A stretch of 63,339 nt of DNA, the filler included. It is 4 parts of 4 records of this genome, joined end to end, with 100 filler letters (N's around TTAATTAATTAA, not from the genome) between each part and the next. Parts side by side here need not be neighbours in the genome. Positions count along the whole stretch, not along the records: positions 1 to 19,499 come from SRR20825006_86; 3 more parts are not named here. One strand, written 5' to 3'. Shown piece after piece: positions 1 through 10,342 of the stretch (position 1 is the stretch's first letter; each line of letters opens with the position of its first letter). The translations under genes and the position numbers were made by a program. The notes under the pieces were generated by a model that saw only the letters and a list, made by a program, of their open reading frames with translations, was not told the DNA's origin and searched no databases.

Positions 1-66
1 CTCTACGTCGAAATGGATTAAATTATTTTCTAATAAATACCTCGTAGGCTTACCTCGAGGGAGTTT
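1..66 (+). repeat. Partial copy of a dispersed palindromic intergenic repeat (core CCTCGTAGGCTTRCCTCGAGG)
   Basis: Aligns by eye to 52440-52508, 29008-29080 and, reversed, 28862-28907; hairpin core at 40-60. Confidence 0.8.
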
Positions 67-140
67 ATTTAATGTAGAAGCATTAGTGTAGCACTAATGA
101 TCTAATATGTGTTTTAATTATGTAAGAACTTAATAAATAT

Positions 141-1157
141 TTACTTTCTTATAAAATCGGAAACTAGATAAGCTATTGCTTTACCAACTAAGTTTTTTTC
201 TCGTTCGTTTTCCATAATCGGAGCAGCTTCACAAATATGGAGATAAGAAATGTTTTTTGCCTTTTTACTTTTAAATATAATTTCTCTCACAGTATTAAGA
301 GGCAATCCTGAGCTTGTAATGGCACTACTAGGCATTCCTTCTATGGAATCCATATCTATTTCTAGTCCAAATTTAGAAGGTTTTACAAAATCAATCGCTT
401 CTTTTATTTCAAAATCAAAGCCTTTTTCGCAACGCACATACAGTTCTTCAAAAGTATTGTATTTAATTCGAGGCTCCTTCTCTAGGGTTTTAAATACTTT
501 TTTTGAAGTATAGTTTTCATGAAGCCCAAAGATAAAGTAATTTTCTAAAAATCCTTCATGAAAAGCATAGGAGAATCCGTTTCCGCTATGTCGACCTTCA
601 CGTTTTCTAAAATCGGTATGTGCATCTATATTAAGGCAATTTATAGCATTTCCATAAGCCAATGAAGCGCCTTTTAATATTCCGTAGGCATTATTATGTC
701 CGCCGCCAATAACAATAGGTTTCTTTCCGCTAGTAACAATTTTATGGATTATATTAGTCACTTCCGTATCTATAAGAGCGGTGATATTACGAGCTTCTTC
801 AATTTGTTCCTCTCCTGAAAGGGCATCAATTTTTTTTAATTCAGAAGAAAAATCTAAATGCCCTAATAATAAAACTTTATTACCTTTTGTGTATTGGTTA
901 TTTTGAATATTTAAAATATATGGCAATGCTGCTTCCCAAGCATTTCTTGTTCCAGGCTTTCCTAAATTTGCTATTACCCCAATATCTTCGGGAATTCCCA
1001 TTAAAACATATTTAGTTTCTGAAGCTGATAATTGAGAAACAAGGGAATCGTTCTCATGTAATAATTCTATATGTTCCCCTAATTTTTGCTCTCCTTTTCT
1101 AGGAGCAATTAAAGGGGTGATTTTTTTTAAATCGTAACTAACCAAATTTGAAGACAT
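141..1157 (-). CDS. hutG: Formimidoylglutamase (arginase/ureohydrolase family)
   Basis: GGGHN, DAHTD, HSGNGF and EIDMDS metal-binding motifs of the arginase family. Confidence 0.75.
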   Translation of the reverse strand: MSSNLVSYDLKKITPLIAPRKGEQKLGEHIELLHENDSLVSQLSASETKYVLMGIPEDIGVIANLGKPGTRNAWEAALPYILNIQNNQYTKGNKVLLLGHLDFSSELKKIDALSGEEQIEEARNITALIDTEVTNIIHKIVTSGKKPIVIGGGHNNAYGILKGASLAYGNAINCLNIDAHTDFRKREGRHSGNGFSYAFHEGFLENYFIFGLHENYTSKKVFKTLEKEPRIKYNTFEELYVRCEKGFDFEIKEAIDFVKPSKFGLEIDMDSIEGMPSSAITSSGLPLNTVREIIFKSKKAKNISYLHICEAAPIMENEREKNLVGKAIAYLVSDFIRK

Positions 1158-1397
1158 ACTGTATATTTATTATAAAGCTGTAAACGTTTTTATCAAAAGA
1201 TAATCTATGAACTCGTTGAAATTTTCAGGAAATAGAAAAAGTTTAAATGAGTTCCATATGTAAATGTTAAAAAAAAACTGATATGATACAATAAAATAGT
1301 TTTAAAAAATCTATTTTTAACTTTTAAACGTATATAATTCGTAAGGCATAGAAAAGAATGACTATTTTGCCATACCAAATTTTTAAATAAACAACTT

Positions 1398-2300
1398 ATG
1401 ACAGAAACAAAATCCAATAATGGTTTAAAAGTAATAGCAGGACTACTTGCTGCTGCTTTGATAGGAACTCTTATTTATACAGCAAGCCTGTATAACAGTA
1501 AAAAAGAGACTACTAATAAGCTTAACAAAGAAAAAAATCTTGTTATTGAAGATTTGAATAATTTGAAATCTGATTATGATAGGGCTATTTCTGAAAGTGA
1601 ATCAGCAAATGCTGAATTGGTAGAAGCACGAAATAAAATTGCAACCTATATAGATTCTGTACAGCAAATGAAAGCAGACATTAGTTCGCTTTCTAGATAT
1701 AGAAGACAAGTACAACAACTTACCAAAGAGCGTGAATTTTTGTTAACTCAAAACGATTCTTTAAGAGCTTCAAATACGTTGTTGGCTATGCAAAGAGATA
1801 GTACAAAAACTGCTTTACAGGAACAATCTATGTTTACAGATTCTTTAATTATGCAAAACACTCAGCTTTCTAAAGTTGTAGAAACAGGAGCTGCTTTAGG
1901 GTTGGCTAAGTTTTCTGCGGAAGCTGTTAAAGAGCGTAATAGTGGTAAAATTGTTTCTGTAAACAATAATAGAAGAGCAGACAAATTAAAAATTTGTTAC
2001 ACAGTTGGAGCTAATAAAATTACAAAACCTGGAGCTAAACAATTCTATATTCAAGTAACAGATCCATCTGGAACAATTATGGGAGAGCGTGCTGTAGCTG
2101 CAAAAGAAGGTACAGAAACATCAGAACCTATAAGTATAACTTACAGTAAAGCTTCTAGTTTTTACTATGAAAACACTGTTTTAGATGTATGTGACTTTAT
2201 TAATAAAGAAGGAGAAGATTTTGCTGAAGGAAAATACAGTGTTGTGGTTTACGACCAGAATTTAAAAGAATTAGGGTCGACACAATTTGACTTAAAATAA
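1398..2300 (+). CDS. Membrane-anchored coiled-coil hypothetical protein
   Basis: N-terminal hydrophobic helix, long heptad-rich middle, beta-rich C-terminus; no Walker A motif. Confidence 0.7.
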   Translation: MTETKSNNGLKVIAGLLAAALIGTLIYTASLYNSKKETTNKLNKEKNLVIEDLNNLKSDYDRAISESESANAELVEARNKIATYIDSVQQMKADISSLSRYRRQVQQLTKEREFLLTQNDSLRASNTLLAMQRDSTKTALQEQSMFTDSLIMQNTQLSKVVETGAALGLAKFSAEAVKERNSGKIVSVNNNRRADKLKICYTVGANKITKPGAKQFYIQVTDPSGTIMGERAVAAKEGTETSEPISITYSKASSFYYENTVLDVCDFINKEGEDFAEGKYSVVVYDQNLKELGSTQFDLK

Positions 2301-2353
2301 ACTTACTAGATATATAAATATCGAGTAAAAAAACTCAACTAACCAATTAATTT

Positions 2354-2388
2354 AAGAAAGCATCGGGATATCTCTCGATGCTTTCTTT
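2354..2388. terminator. Bidirectional intrinsic terminator
   Basis: AAGAAAGCATCG...CGATGCTTTCTT inverted repeat between convergent genes. Confidence 0.8.
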
Positions 2389-2887
2389 ATGTTAGTTGTT
2401 CAAGAATTTCGGTAACAATCTCTTCTGGAGTATCTGCTATATTTACAGTTATTGCATGTTTTGGAGGCTGTAAGGTCTCAAATTGGGATTTTAGTAGGGC
2501 TATAGGCATAAAATGAGAAACTCTGCCTGCAAGTCTTTCTTCAATTAACTTGAAGTCGCCTAACAAATAAATAAACTCTGTGCTTTTTTCAATATCTTTT
2601 CTGAGAATTTTTCGATAAGAACCTTTTAAAGCAGAACAAGCAATAATACAGCTTGTGTTAGCTTCTATTTGTTCTATACAGAATTCGTTTATCTTTTCTA
2701 GCCATCCCAATCTGTCATCATCATTTAGAGGATGTCCAGCTTTCATTTTTTTGATATTTTCTTCAGGATGAAAATCATCTCCATCATAAAAAGGAATTCC
2801 TGTTTTTTCTGAAAGTAATTCCCCAATGGTAGTCTTTCCAGACCCAGAAACTCCCATAACTATTATGGCCTTAGGTTTTGGTAACAT
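2387..2887 (-). CDS. gntK: Gluconokinase (GntK/IdnK type)
   Basis: MGVSGSGKTT Walker A, DGDDFHP, ACSALK, HFMP, SQF; start moved from 2944 to ATG 2887. Confidence 0.88.
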   Translation of the reverse strand: MLPKPKAIIVMGVSGSGKTTIGELLSEKTGIPFYDGDDFHPEENIKKMKAGHPLNDDDRLGWLEKINEFCIEQIEANTSCIIACSALKGSYRKILRKDIEKSTEFIYLLGDFKLIEERLAGRVSHFMPIALLKSQFETLQPPKHAITVNIADTPEEIVTEILEQLT

Positions 2888-2989
2888 ATTAAATATATAT
2901 GACACAAGATATAATTTTATTTGAAAAGAAACATTTTTGAGCATCGTAAAATTTGATATTCTTGATAAGAATACCTTCTTGTAAAATGG

Positions 2990-2997
2990 TAATTTTG
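2990..2997 (+). promoter_or_regulatory. Bacteroidota -7 promoter element TAATTTTG, 4 nt before the EamA start codon
   Basis: Exact TAnnTTTG match. Confidence 0.55.
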
Positions 2998-3001
2998 GAT
3001 A

Positions 3002-3913
3002 ATGAAAAACTCAAAGAAATTACCTCTTGTTATTTTAATCGGAATTTTAGGTGTAGTGTTGTTTTCGGCCAAAGCTGTAATGGTTAAATTAGCGTATCAG
3101 TATAATGTAAGCGCAGTAAATTTATTGATGTTTAGAATGCTTTTTGCATTACCTTTTTATATTGCTGTGCTTCTTTTTACAAAAAAGGAATCTGAAAAAC
3201 TCCCAAGCAAAAATTATGTATGGTTAATTGTATTTGGTTTTATAGGATATTATTTGGCGAGTTATTTTGATTTTGTAGGACTTCAATATATAAAAGCGAG
3301 TATAGAGAGAATTATTCTATTTATTTATCCTACCATAGTTTTATTGCTCTCTAGTATCTTTTTAAAGCGTCCTATTAGTAGGGTGCAGGTGTTTGCCATA
3401 TCAATAACTTATATAGGAATTATTATTGCTTTCTGGGACGAAATAAGTGTGGATGGAGCACAATTTCTCTTGGGTGCAGGATTTATTTTTTTAAGCGCCA
3501 TAACTTATGCATCATACTTGGTGGGAAGCGATTGGTTAATTCCAAAGTTTGGAGTGGTTAGGTTTACATCTTATGCTATGATTGTGTCTTGTGTAAGCGT
3601 AATACTACATTATAGCCTCTTTGAGCATACATCTTTACTTGGATACCATCCAAATGTATATTGGTTAGGGTTAGCAATGGCTTTTTTCTCCACTGTAATT
3701 CCTTCTTATTTGGTGTCCTATTGTATTAAAGAGATTGGGGCTTCAAATTTTTCAATTTTAGCAGGATTAGGTCCTATATCAACTATTATTTTAGCATCTA
3801 TTTTTTTAGGAGAACGTTTAACGTTACTTCAATTTGGAGGTGCAATTTTGGTAATTGTAGGAATAATTGTAGTGTCTTTAAATAAATCAACTTACAAAAA
3901 ATCAGGTTCTTAA
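3002..3913 (+). CDS. EamA/DMT family transporter
   Basis: About 10 TM helices, two EamA repeats, C-terminal FLGERLT...GAILV signature. Confidence 0.85.
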   Translation: MKNSKKLPLVILIGILGVVLFSAKAVMVKLAYQYNVSAVNLLMFRMLFALPFYIAVLLFTKKESEKLPSKNYVWLIVFGFIGYYLASYFDFVGLQYIKASIERIILFIYPTIVLLLSSIFLKRPISRVQVFAISITYIGIIIAFWDEISVDGAQFLLGAGFIFLSAITYASYLVGSDWLIPKFGVVRFTSYAMIVSCVSVILHYSLFEHTSLLGYHPNVYWLGLAMAFFSTVIPSYLVSYCIKEIGASNFSILAGLGPISTIILASIFLGERLTLLQFGGAILVIVGIIVVSLNKSTYKKSGS

Positions 3914-4012
3914 CAATTTTCAGCAAAAGCTTGTTAATTACTTTACTGATGCAGGGTTTCATTTTAAGTAGCTATACATTATATTAGCAACAAAACCCAT
4001 CTCTAATATTTT

Positions 4013-5866
4013 ATGTCGGAAATTACTAAGTATACAGAAGACAATATACGTTCGTTAGACTGGAAGGAGCATATCCGCATGCGTCCTGGTATGTATATTG
4101 GGAAATTAGGCGATGGTTCTTCTGCAGACGACGGAATTTATATCCTCATAAAGGAAGTACTCGATAACTGTATCGATGAATTCGTTATGGGTGCAGGAAA
4201 AACCATTGAAGTTTCTATTCAGGGAAATAAAGTTATTGTACGCGATTATGGACGAGGGATTCCATTAGGAAAAGTGGTAGATGTTGTATCTAAAATGAAT
4301 ACCGGTGGGAAATACGATTCTAGAGCCTTTAAAAAATCGGTTGGTCTAAACGGAGTTGGTACCAAAGCGGTAAATGCTCTTTCTTCTTCTTTTAGAGTCG
4401 AATCAAATCGAGATAACAAATCTAAGGCGGCAGAATTTGAGCAAGGAAACCTTGTAAATGAAGAAGAATTAGACGAAACAAGTAGGCGGAGAGGAACAAA
4501 AGTTTCCTTTATCCCAGATGACACCATTTTTAAAAACTACAAATTCAGAAATGAATATGTAGAAAAAATGATTCGAAATTACGTATATCTTAATCCAGGG
4601 TTAACCATTATTTTTAATGGAGAAAAGTTTTATTCTGAAAATGGATTAAAAGATTTATTGGAAGATACTACCAATAAAGAAGATATGCTGTATCCAATTA
4701 TTCATTTGCGTGGGGACGATATCGAAGTAGCAATAACTCACAGTAGAACGCAGTATAGCGAAGAATATCACTCTTTTGTAAACGGACAAAATACAACCCA
4801 AGGTGGAACGCATTTGGCTGCTTTTAGAGAAGCAATTGTTAAAACATTACGCGATTTCTACGGAAAAAATTATGATGCTTCCGATATTAGAAAATCAGTT
4901 ATTGCTGCTATTTCTATAAAAGTAATGGAGCCCGTTTTTGAAAGTCAGACAAAAACTAAATTAGGTTCTACAGATATGGGAGGCAATTTGCCAACGGTAA
5001 GAACCTATATCAACGATTTTGTAGGAACGCACCTTGATAATTTCTTACATAAGAATGCAGAAGTAGCCGATAAAATTCAGCGAAAAATTCTAGCAGCAGA
5101 GAGAGAACGTAAAGAGCTTTCTGGAATTAGAAAACTAGCTAAAGACAGGGCTAAAAAAGCAAGTTTGCACAATAAAAAGCTTCGCGATTGTAGAGTGCAT
5201 CTGGGTGATACCAAAAACCAACGTTCTTTAGAAACTACTTTGTTTATAACAGAGGGAGATTCCGCTTCGGGATCCATTACCAAATCTAGAGACGTTAATA
5301 CACAAGCGGTATTTAGCTTACGTGGAAAGCCCTTGAATACCTACGGAATGACTAAAAAAATTGTGTATGAAAACGAGGAGTTTAATTTATTACAAGCGGC
5401 ATTAAATATAGAAGAGTCAATGGAAGACCTTCGGTATAATAATATTGTAATAGCAACCGATGCCGATGTAGATGGAATGCACATCCGATTGTTGTTAATT
5501 ACTTTTTTCTTACAGTTTTTTCCTGAATTGATTAAAGAGGGACATTTGTATATTTTGCAAACTCCTTTGTTTAGAGTTCGTAATAAAAAAGAGACCATCT
5601 ATTGTTATAGTGAGGATGAAAGAAAAGAGGCAATTGAGAAGTTAATTGGGAAACCAGAAATAACTCGATTTAAAGGTTTGGGGGAAATTTCACCAGATGA
5701 GTTTCAACATTTCATTGGAGATGATATTCGTTTAGACCCAGTAATGCTTGATAAATCAATGTCGATTGAAAGTTTATTAGAATTTTACATGGGGAAAAAC
5801 ACTCCCGATCGTCAAAAATTCATTATAAATAACCTTCGAGTAGAACTTGATGTAATAGAAGAATAA
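4013..5866 (+). CDS. parE: DNA topoisomerase IV subunit B
   Basis: [53 protein letters not shown] motifs. Confidence 0.9.
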   Translation: MSEITKYTEDNIRSLDWKEHIRMRPGMYIGKLGDGSSADDGIYILIKEVLDNCIDEFVMGAGKTIEVSIQGNKVIVRDYGRGIPLGKVVDVVSKMNTGGKYDSRAFKKSVGLNGVGTKAVNALSSSFRVESNRDNKSKAAEFEQGNLVNEEELDETSRRRGTKVSFIPDDTIFKNYKFRNEYVEKMIRNYVYLNPGLTIIFNGEKFYSENGLKDLLEDTTNKEDMLYPIIHLRGDDIEVAITHSRTQYSEEYHSFVNGQNTTQGGTHLAAFREAIVKTLRDFYGKNYDASDIRKSVIAAISIKVMEPVFESQTKTKLGSTDMGGNLPTVRTYINDFVGTHLDNFLHKNAEVADKIQRKILAAERERKELSGIRKLAKDRAKKASLHNKKLRDCRVHLGDTKNQRSLETTLFITEGDSASGSITKSRDVNTQAVFSLRGKPLNTYGMTKKIVYENEEFNLLQAALNIEESMEDLRYNNIVIATDADVDGMHIRLLLITFFLQFFPELIKEGHLYILQTPLFRVRNKKETIYCYSEDERKEAIEKLIGKPEITRFKGLGEISPDEFQHFIGDDIRLDPVMLDKSMSIESLLEFYMGKNTPDRQKFIINNLRVELDVIEE

Positions 5867-5910
5867 TAGTTAAAAATCAGCTATTTAAAATAATACCCTA
5901 CTAACCTTTT

Positions 5911-8526
5911 ATGGAAGAGAATACAGAATTAAATCCGGAAGAAAATAACAGTCAAGAAACCATCACTCGTGTTGGCGGAATGTACAAAGATTGGTTTTTG
6001 GATTATGCTTCGTATGTAATTTTAGAACGTGCAGTGCCAGCTATTGAAGATGGTTTTAAGCCAGTGCAACGTAGAATTATGCATTCTTTAAAAGAACTAG
6101 ATGATGGCCGATACAATAAAGTAGCAAACATTGTAGGGCATACCATGCAGTATCACCCTCATGGAGATGCTAGTATTGGAGATGCCATGGTGCAAATTGG
6201 TCAAAAAGATTTGCTAATTGATACCCAGGGAAACTGGGGAAATATATTAACGGGAGACAGTGCTGCTGCTTCACGTTATATTGAAGCACGAATTTCTAAA
6301 TTCGGATTAGAAGTTGTTTACAGTCCGAAAATCACAGAATGGCAACTTAGTTATGACGGCAGGAAGAAGGAACCGATTAATCTTCCTGTAAAATTTCCCT
6401 TACTGTTAGCTCAGGGAGCAGAAGGAATTGCTGTAGGATTATCAACAAAAGTATTACCGCATAACTTTATAGAGCTTATAGATGCTTCTATAAAACACCT
6501 AAAAGGAAAGAATTTTACGCTATATCCAGATTTTCCAACTGCTGGAATTATGGATATTACCAATTATAATGATGGTTTAAGAGGAGGGAAGATCCGTGTG
6601 CGTGCTAGGATTTCTCAATACGATAAAAATACACTGACTATAAGTGAAATTCCTTTTGGAACGAATACTTCTAGTTTGATAGATTCAATTTTAAAAGCAA
6701 ACGATAAAGGAAAAATCAAAATAAAGAAGATTGAAGATAATACTGCTGCAAATGTTGAGATTTTAGTGCATTTGCCTTCAGGAATTTCTCCAGATAAAAC
6801 TATTGATGCTCTGTATGCTTTTACAGCTTGCGAATCTTCTATTTCTCCATTGGCTTGTGTTATTGAAGATAATAAACCACTTTTTATAGGAGTCAGTGAA
6901 ATGTTAAAGCGTTCTACCGATAATACGCTTGATTTACTGAAAAAAGAATTAGAGATTCAACTTCATGAACTGGAAGAGCAGTGGCATTTTGCTTCTTTAG
7001 AACGCATCTTTATTGAAAATAGAATTTATCGTGAAATTGAAGAAGAAGAAACTTGGGAAGGTGTAATTAGCGCTATTGACAAAGGACTTCAGCCTCATAT
7101 AAAACATTTGAAACGTACAATTACTGAAGAAGATATTGTTCGTCTTACTGAGATTCGGATTAAACGTATTTCTAAATTTGATATTGATAAAGCCCAACAA
7201 AAAATAGACGCCTTAGAGGGAGATATCGCTACTGTGAAGCATCACTTAGAGCATTTAGTAGATTTTGCTATTGACTATTTTACAAAACTTAAAACTACTT
7301 ACGGAAAAGGAAGAGAGCGTAAAACCGAGATTCGTATTTTTGACGATATTGAGGCCTCTAAAGTGGTAATTCGGAATACTAAACTTTATCTAAATCGTAA
7401 AGAAGGTTTTGTAGGAACATCTCTGAAGAGAGATGAATATGTATGCGATTGTAGTGATATTGATGATATTATCGTTTTTACTGCTACTGGTAAGATGATG
7501 GTTACAAAAGTTGACACCAAAACCTTTATTGGAAAAGATATTATTCATGTAGCTGTTTTTAAGAAAAAAGATAAGAGAACTATATATAATCTCATCTATA
7601 AAGATGGAAAAGGCGGGGCTACGTATGTAAAACGCTTTTTTGTATCGAGTATTACTAGAGATAAGGAGTACGATCTAACAAACGGAAAACCAGGTTCTTT
7701 TGTCCATTATTTCTCTGCAAATCCAAATGGAGAGGCAGAAGTGGTAACTGTTTTCTTACGTCAGGTGGGAAGTATTAAGAAACTTAAATGGGATCTTGAT
7801 TTTGCCGATATTATGATTAAAGGTCGAGCTTCTAAAGGAAATATTGTAAGTAAATACGCAGTTAAACGTATCGAACTTAAAGAAAAAGGAGTTTCTACTT
7901 TAAAACCGCGTAAGATTTGGTTTGATGAAACGGTACAAAGATTAAATGTTGATGGGCGTGGAGAGCTACTCGGAGCTTTTAAAGGGGAAGATAGGTTGCT
8001 TATAATTACTCAAGAAGGAATGGTAAAAACAGTTACTCCAGAATTAACTATGCATTTTGAGAGTAATATTATTGTTTTAGAGAAATGGAATCCTAAAAAA
8101 CCTATTTCTGCAATTTATTTTAATGGAGAGCGAGAGCTTTATTATATTAAAAGGTTTGTTATTGAAACTGAAGGAAAAGAAGAATCTTTTATTCCAGACA
8201 ATTCAAATTCGCGTTTGGAAATTGTTTCAACCGATTGGAGGCCTGTTGCCGATATTGAATTTACCAAGGAAAGAGGGAAAGACCGAAAACCTAATTTGGA
8301 AGTAGATATAGAAGAGTTTATTGCTGTAAAAGGAATAAATGCTATCGGGAATCAGCTTACAAAAGATAAGGTAAATCAAATTAATTTACTAGAACCTTTA
8401 CCTTTTGACGAACCAGAAGAGCTGCAGCCAGAAGAAATGGAGGTAAATGATGAGGAAGATGTTTCAGAAGAAAATAAATCAAAAACTAAAGATGATGATG
8501 GTCCAACACTTTTTGATTTTGAATAA
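5911..8526 (+). CDS. parC: DNA topoisomerase IV subunit A
   Basis: DGFKPVQRRI, YHPHGD, catalytic AAASRY; follows subunit B; acidic C-terminal tail. Confidence 0.88.
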   Translation: MEENTELNPEENNSQETITRVGGMYKDWFLDYASYVILERAVPAIEDGFKPVQRRIMHSLKELDDGRYNKVANIVGHTMQYHPHGDASIGDAMVQIGQKDLLIDTQGNWGNILTGDSAAASRYIEARISKFGLEVVYSPKITEWQLSYDGRKKEPINLPVKFPLLLAQGAEGIAVGLSTKVLPHNFIELIDASIKHLKGKNFTLYPDFPTAGIMDITNYNDGLRGGKIRVRARISQYDKNTLTISEIPFGTNTSSLIDSILKANDKGKIKIKKIEDNTAANVEILVHLPSGISPDKTIDALYAFTACESSISPLACVIEDNKPLFIGVSEMLKRSTDNTLDLLKKELEIQLHELEEQWHFASLERIFIENRIYREIEEEETWEGVISAIDKGLQPHIKHLKRTITEEDIVRLTEIRIKRISKFDIDKAQQKIDALEGDIATVKHHLEHLVDFAIDYFTKLKTTYGKGRERKTEIRIFDDIEASKVVIRNTKLYLNRKEGFVGTSLKRDEYVCDCSDIDDIIVFTATGKMMVTKVDTKTFIGKDIIHVAVFKKKDKRTIYNLIYKDGKGGATYVKRFFVSSITRDKEYDLTNGKPGSFVHYFSANPNGEAEVVTVFLRQVGSIKKLKWDLDFADIMIKGRASKGNIVSKYAVKRIELKEKGVSTLKPRKIWFDETVQRLNVDGRGELLGAFKGEDRLLIITQEGMVKTVTPELTMHFESNIIVLEKWNPKKPISAIYFNGERELYYIKRFVIETEGKEESFIPDNSNSRLEIVSTDWRPVADIEFTKERGKDRKPNLEVDIEEFIAVKGINAIGNQLTKDKVNQINLLEPLPFDEPEELQPEEMEVNDEEDVSEENKSKTKDDDGPTLFDFE

Positions 8527-8570
8527 ATAACAGTTAAAGGAGTTATTTAAAAAACGATTTACATTTAAAA

Positions 8571-8617
8571 TAAAAAGCCAACAAACTCAAAATAATATAG
8601 AGTTTGTTGGCTTTTTA
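8571..8617. terminator. Bidirectional intrinsic terminator
   Basis: TAAAAAGCCAACAAACTC...GAGTTTGTTGGCTTTTTA, 18-bp perfect stem between convergent genes. Confidence 0.85.
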
Positions 8618-8646
8618 AGTAGTCTCTTTCTGGACTTTTCAACTTT

Positions 8647-9102
8647 CTACTTTTTCACCTTATTCTCAATATGAGAATCAACATACCCAAAAATTAAGTT
8701 AATTAAAACCACCAAAATACTGAGCACAGCTAATTCTATATAGAGTCCCGTTGCAGCTAAACAGCCAGCAGCGGCACTACACCAAATAGTTGCTGCAGTA
8801 GTTAATCCTTTAATTTTATTTTCTTTTTGGAGAATAACACCTGCTCCCAAAAAACCTATTCCAACTACAACCTGACTAAGAACTCGGGTAGCATCAACTC
8901 CAAATTGATGCTCATACTGCAAGGAAATTATTACAAAAACAGCAGCGCCAATAGCAACAAGAGTATTGGTTTTAAGTCCGGCGCTTTTTCCTTTATACTC
9001 TCGTTCCAAGCCTATTAAAAGCCCCGCAATGGTAGCAGCGCTTATCTTTAAAATAAAATCTGTAACCTTTATATTTTCAATAACTGTCTCTATAAACATC
9101 AT
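8647..9102 (-). CDS. MgtC/SapB family membrane protein
   Basis: GLERE...AGLKT, QVVVGIGFLGAG, GLTTAATIW motifs. Confidence 0.88.
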   Translation of the reverse strand: MMFIETVIENIKVTDFILKISAATIAGLLIGLEREYKGKSAGLKTNTLVAIGAAVFVIISLQYEHQFGVDATRVLSQVVVGIGFLGAGVILQKENKIKGLTTAATIWCSAAAGCLAATGLYIELAVLSILVVLINLIFGYVDSHIENKVKK

Positions 9103-9175
9103 ATAACTAAAATTATAAAAAATATTTTTATCTATGTATTTAAGAAAGAAAGTTTTAAAAATAGAAGCGCATAAA

Positions 9176-9217
9176 AAAGAGTCATATGTATGCTACTAAC
9201 AGTAAATATGACTCTTT
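9176..9217 (-). terminator. Probable intrinsic terminator
   Basis: AAAGAGTCATAT...ATATGACTCTTT stem with A-run on the left, downstream of a minus-strand gene. Confidence 0.6.
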
Positions 9218-9236
9218 GTGGGATTAAGGATTTATT

Positions 9237-9614
9237 TTACTTTACTTTTTTAGCAACACCCTTTTGCTTATTTTTTTTATCTCCTACAGCAGCATATTCA
9301 AAAGTGTATGAGTTTTTGCTAGTAGTTAATATTTTCATATGAATAGCTTTTGCGTCGTTCCTAGAAGTTGGATTTATTTTTTTTACAATAAACTCACAAT
9401 CATTAATCCAACGGACAGAGTTGGTATCAATCTCATTCTCAAAATAATCAATTTCAAGAGTATCATTTCTAATAAATCTACTTGTTTTCTCTTCTCCGTT
9501 TATTGTGTAAGTAAATTCAAATTCTCCAGTTTTGAAATCTGCACATTTTTTTTCTTGCTGATAACAAGATGAAAGGAATATTAAGGAGAATAAGGCAAAA
9601 ATAGAACGCATCAT
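9237..9614 (-). CDS. Hypothetical lipoprotein
   Basis: Signal peptide with LSSC lipobox; directly follows the XRE gene. Confidence 0.7.
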   Translation of the reverse strand: MMRSIFALFSLIFLSSCYQQEKKCADFKTGEFEFTYTINGEEKTSRFIRNDTLEIDYFENEIDTNSVRWINDCEFIVKKINPTSRNDAKAIHMKILTTSKNSYTFEYAAVGDKKNKQKGVAKKVK

Positions 9615-10040
9615 TTAATCTTTATTTTTATACTCTTCAAAGGTACCGTTTTTATAAAAAACTACGATACGAGCAATTTCATTTTTTTGCTCTTTATGTA
9701 AAGGAATAGGGAAGTCTTCTATTTTTTCCTGTTTCTCGTTTGTAACTTGATTTGTGTCCTCAGAAGAAAATAAGTCGGAAGTAGAAGAAGTTAAGTTTTT
9801 AGAATTTTCTTCTGTAGGTGGAAAACTTCCTTTTCCATTTAACAACCAATATAACTCTACTTCAGGAAAATTCTCAAGAATTCTCATTATAAAATCCAAA
9901 CTAGGATTGTTCCTTCCTGAAAGTAAATGTGAAATAGAAGAGCGTTGAACACCTACTTTATCAGCAAAAGCAGAAGCCGATAAATCGTAAAAATCCAATA
10001 CTTTCTCTAGTCGATTAATAAAATCCTCTTTGTTTACCAT
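9615..10040 (-). CDS. XRE/Cro-family HTH transcriptional regulator
   Basis: SASAFADKVGVQRSSISHLLSGRNNPSL helix-turn-helix and WLLNGKG. Confidence 0.88.
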   Translation of the reverse strand: MVNKEDFINRLEKVLDFYDLSASAFADKVGVQRSSISHLLSGRNNPSLDFIMRILENFPEVELYWLLNGKGSFPPTEENSKNLTSSTSDLFSSEDTNQVTNEKQEKIEDFPIPLHKEQKNEIARIVVFYKNGTFEEYKNKD

Positions 10041-10327
10041 TGTAAACTAATATTTAGTACAATTAATAGTTACAAATGTAAACATAACCGTTGACATAAG
10101 CAAATATAAGCACTATGAAGGCTATTTATTTAATGTTAAACTTCATGTAATTAAGTTTAAATAGCTGAAAATAAATAATTTATATTTATAATTAATAATC
10201 TGCTGAGTAAATGTCTTTATTATGGTTACAGATGTAACTATTCCTGTTTATAACGTACTAAAGTTTGTTTACAAATGTGTATCATTTCAATTTACATTCG
10301 TAAACAATTATAATTTTACATTTGTAA
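10034..10327. promoter_or_regulatory. Array of six TTACA-NN-TGTAA palindromic operator-like sites
   Basis: Sites start at 10034, 10070, 10226, 10269, 10292 and 10316; three perfect, three with 1-2 mismatches. Confidence 0.7.
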
Positions 10328-10342
10328 ACCTTAAATAACAAT

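Noticed and set aside
1398..2300. ParA or SMC-like ATPase call for the coiled-coil protein
   Set aside because: No Walker A or B motif
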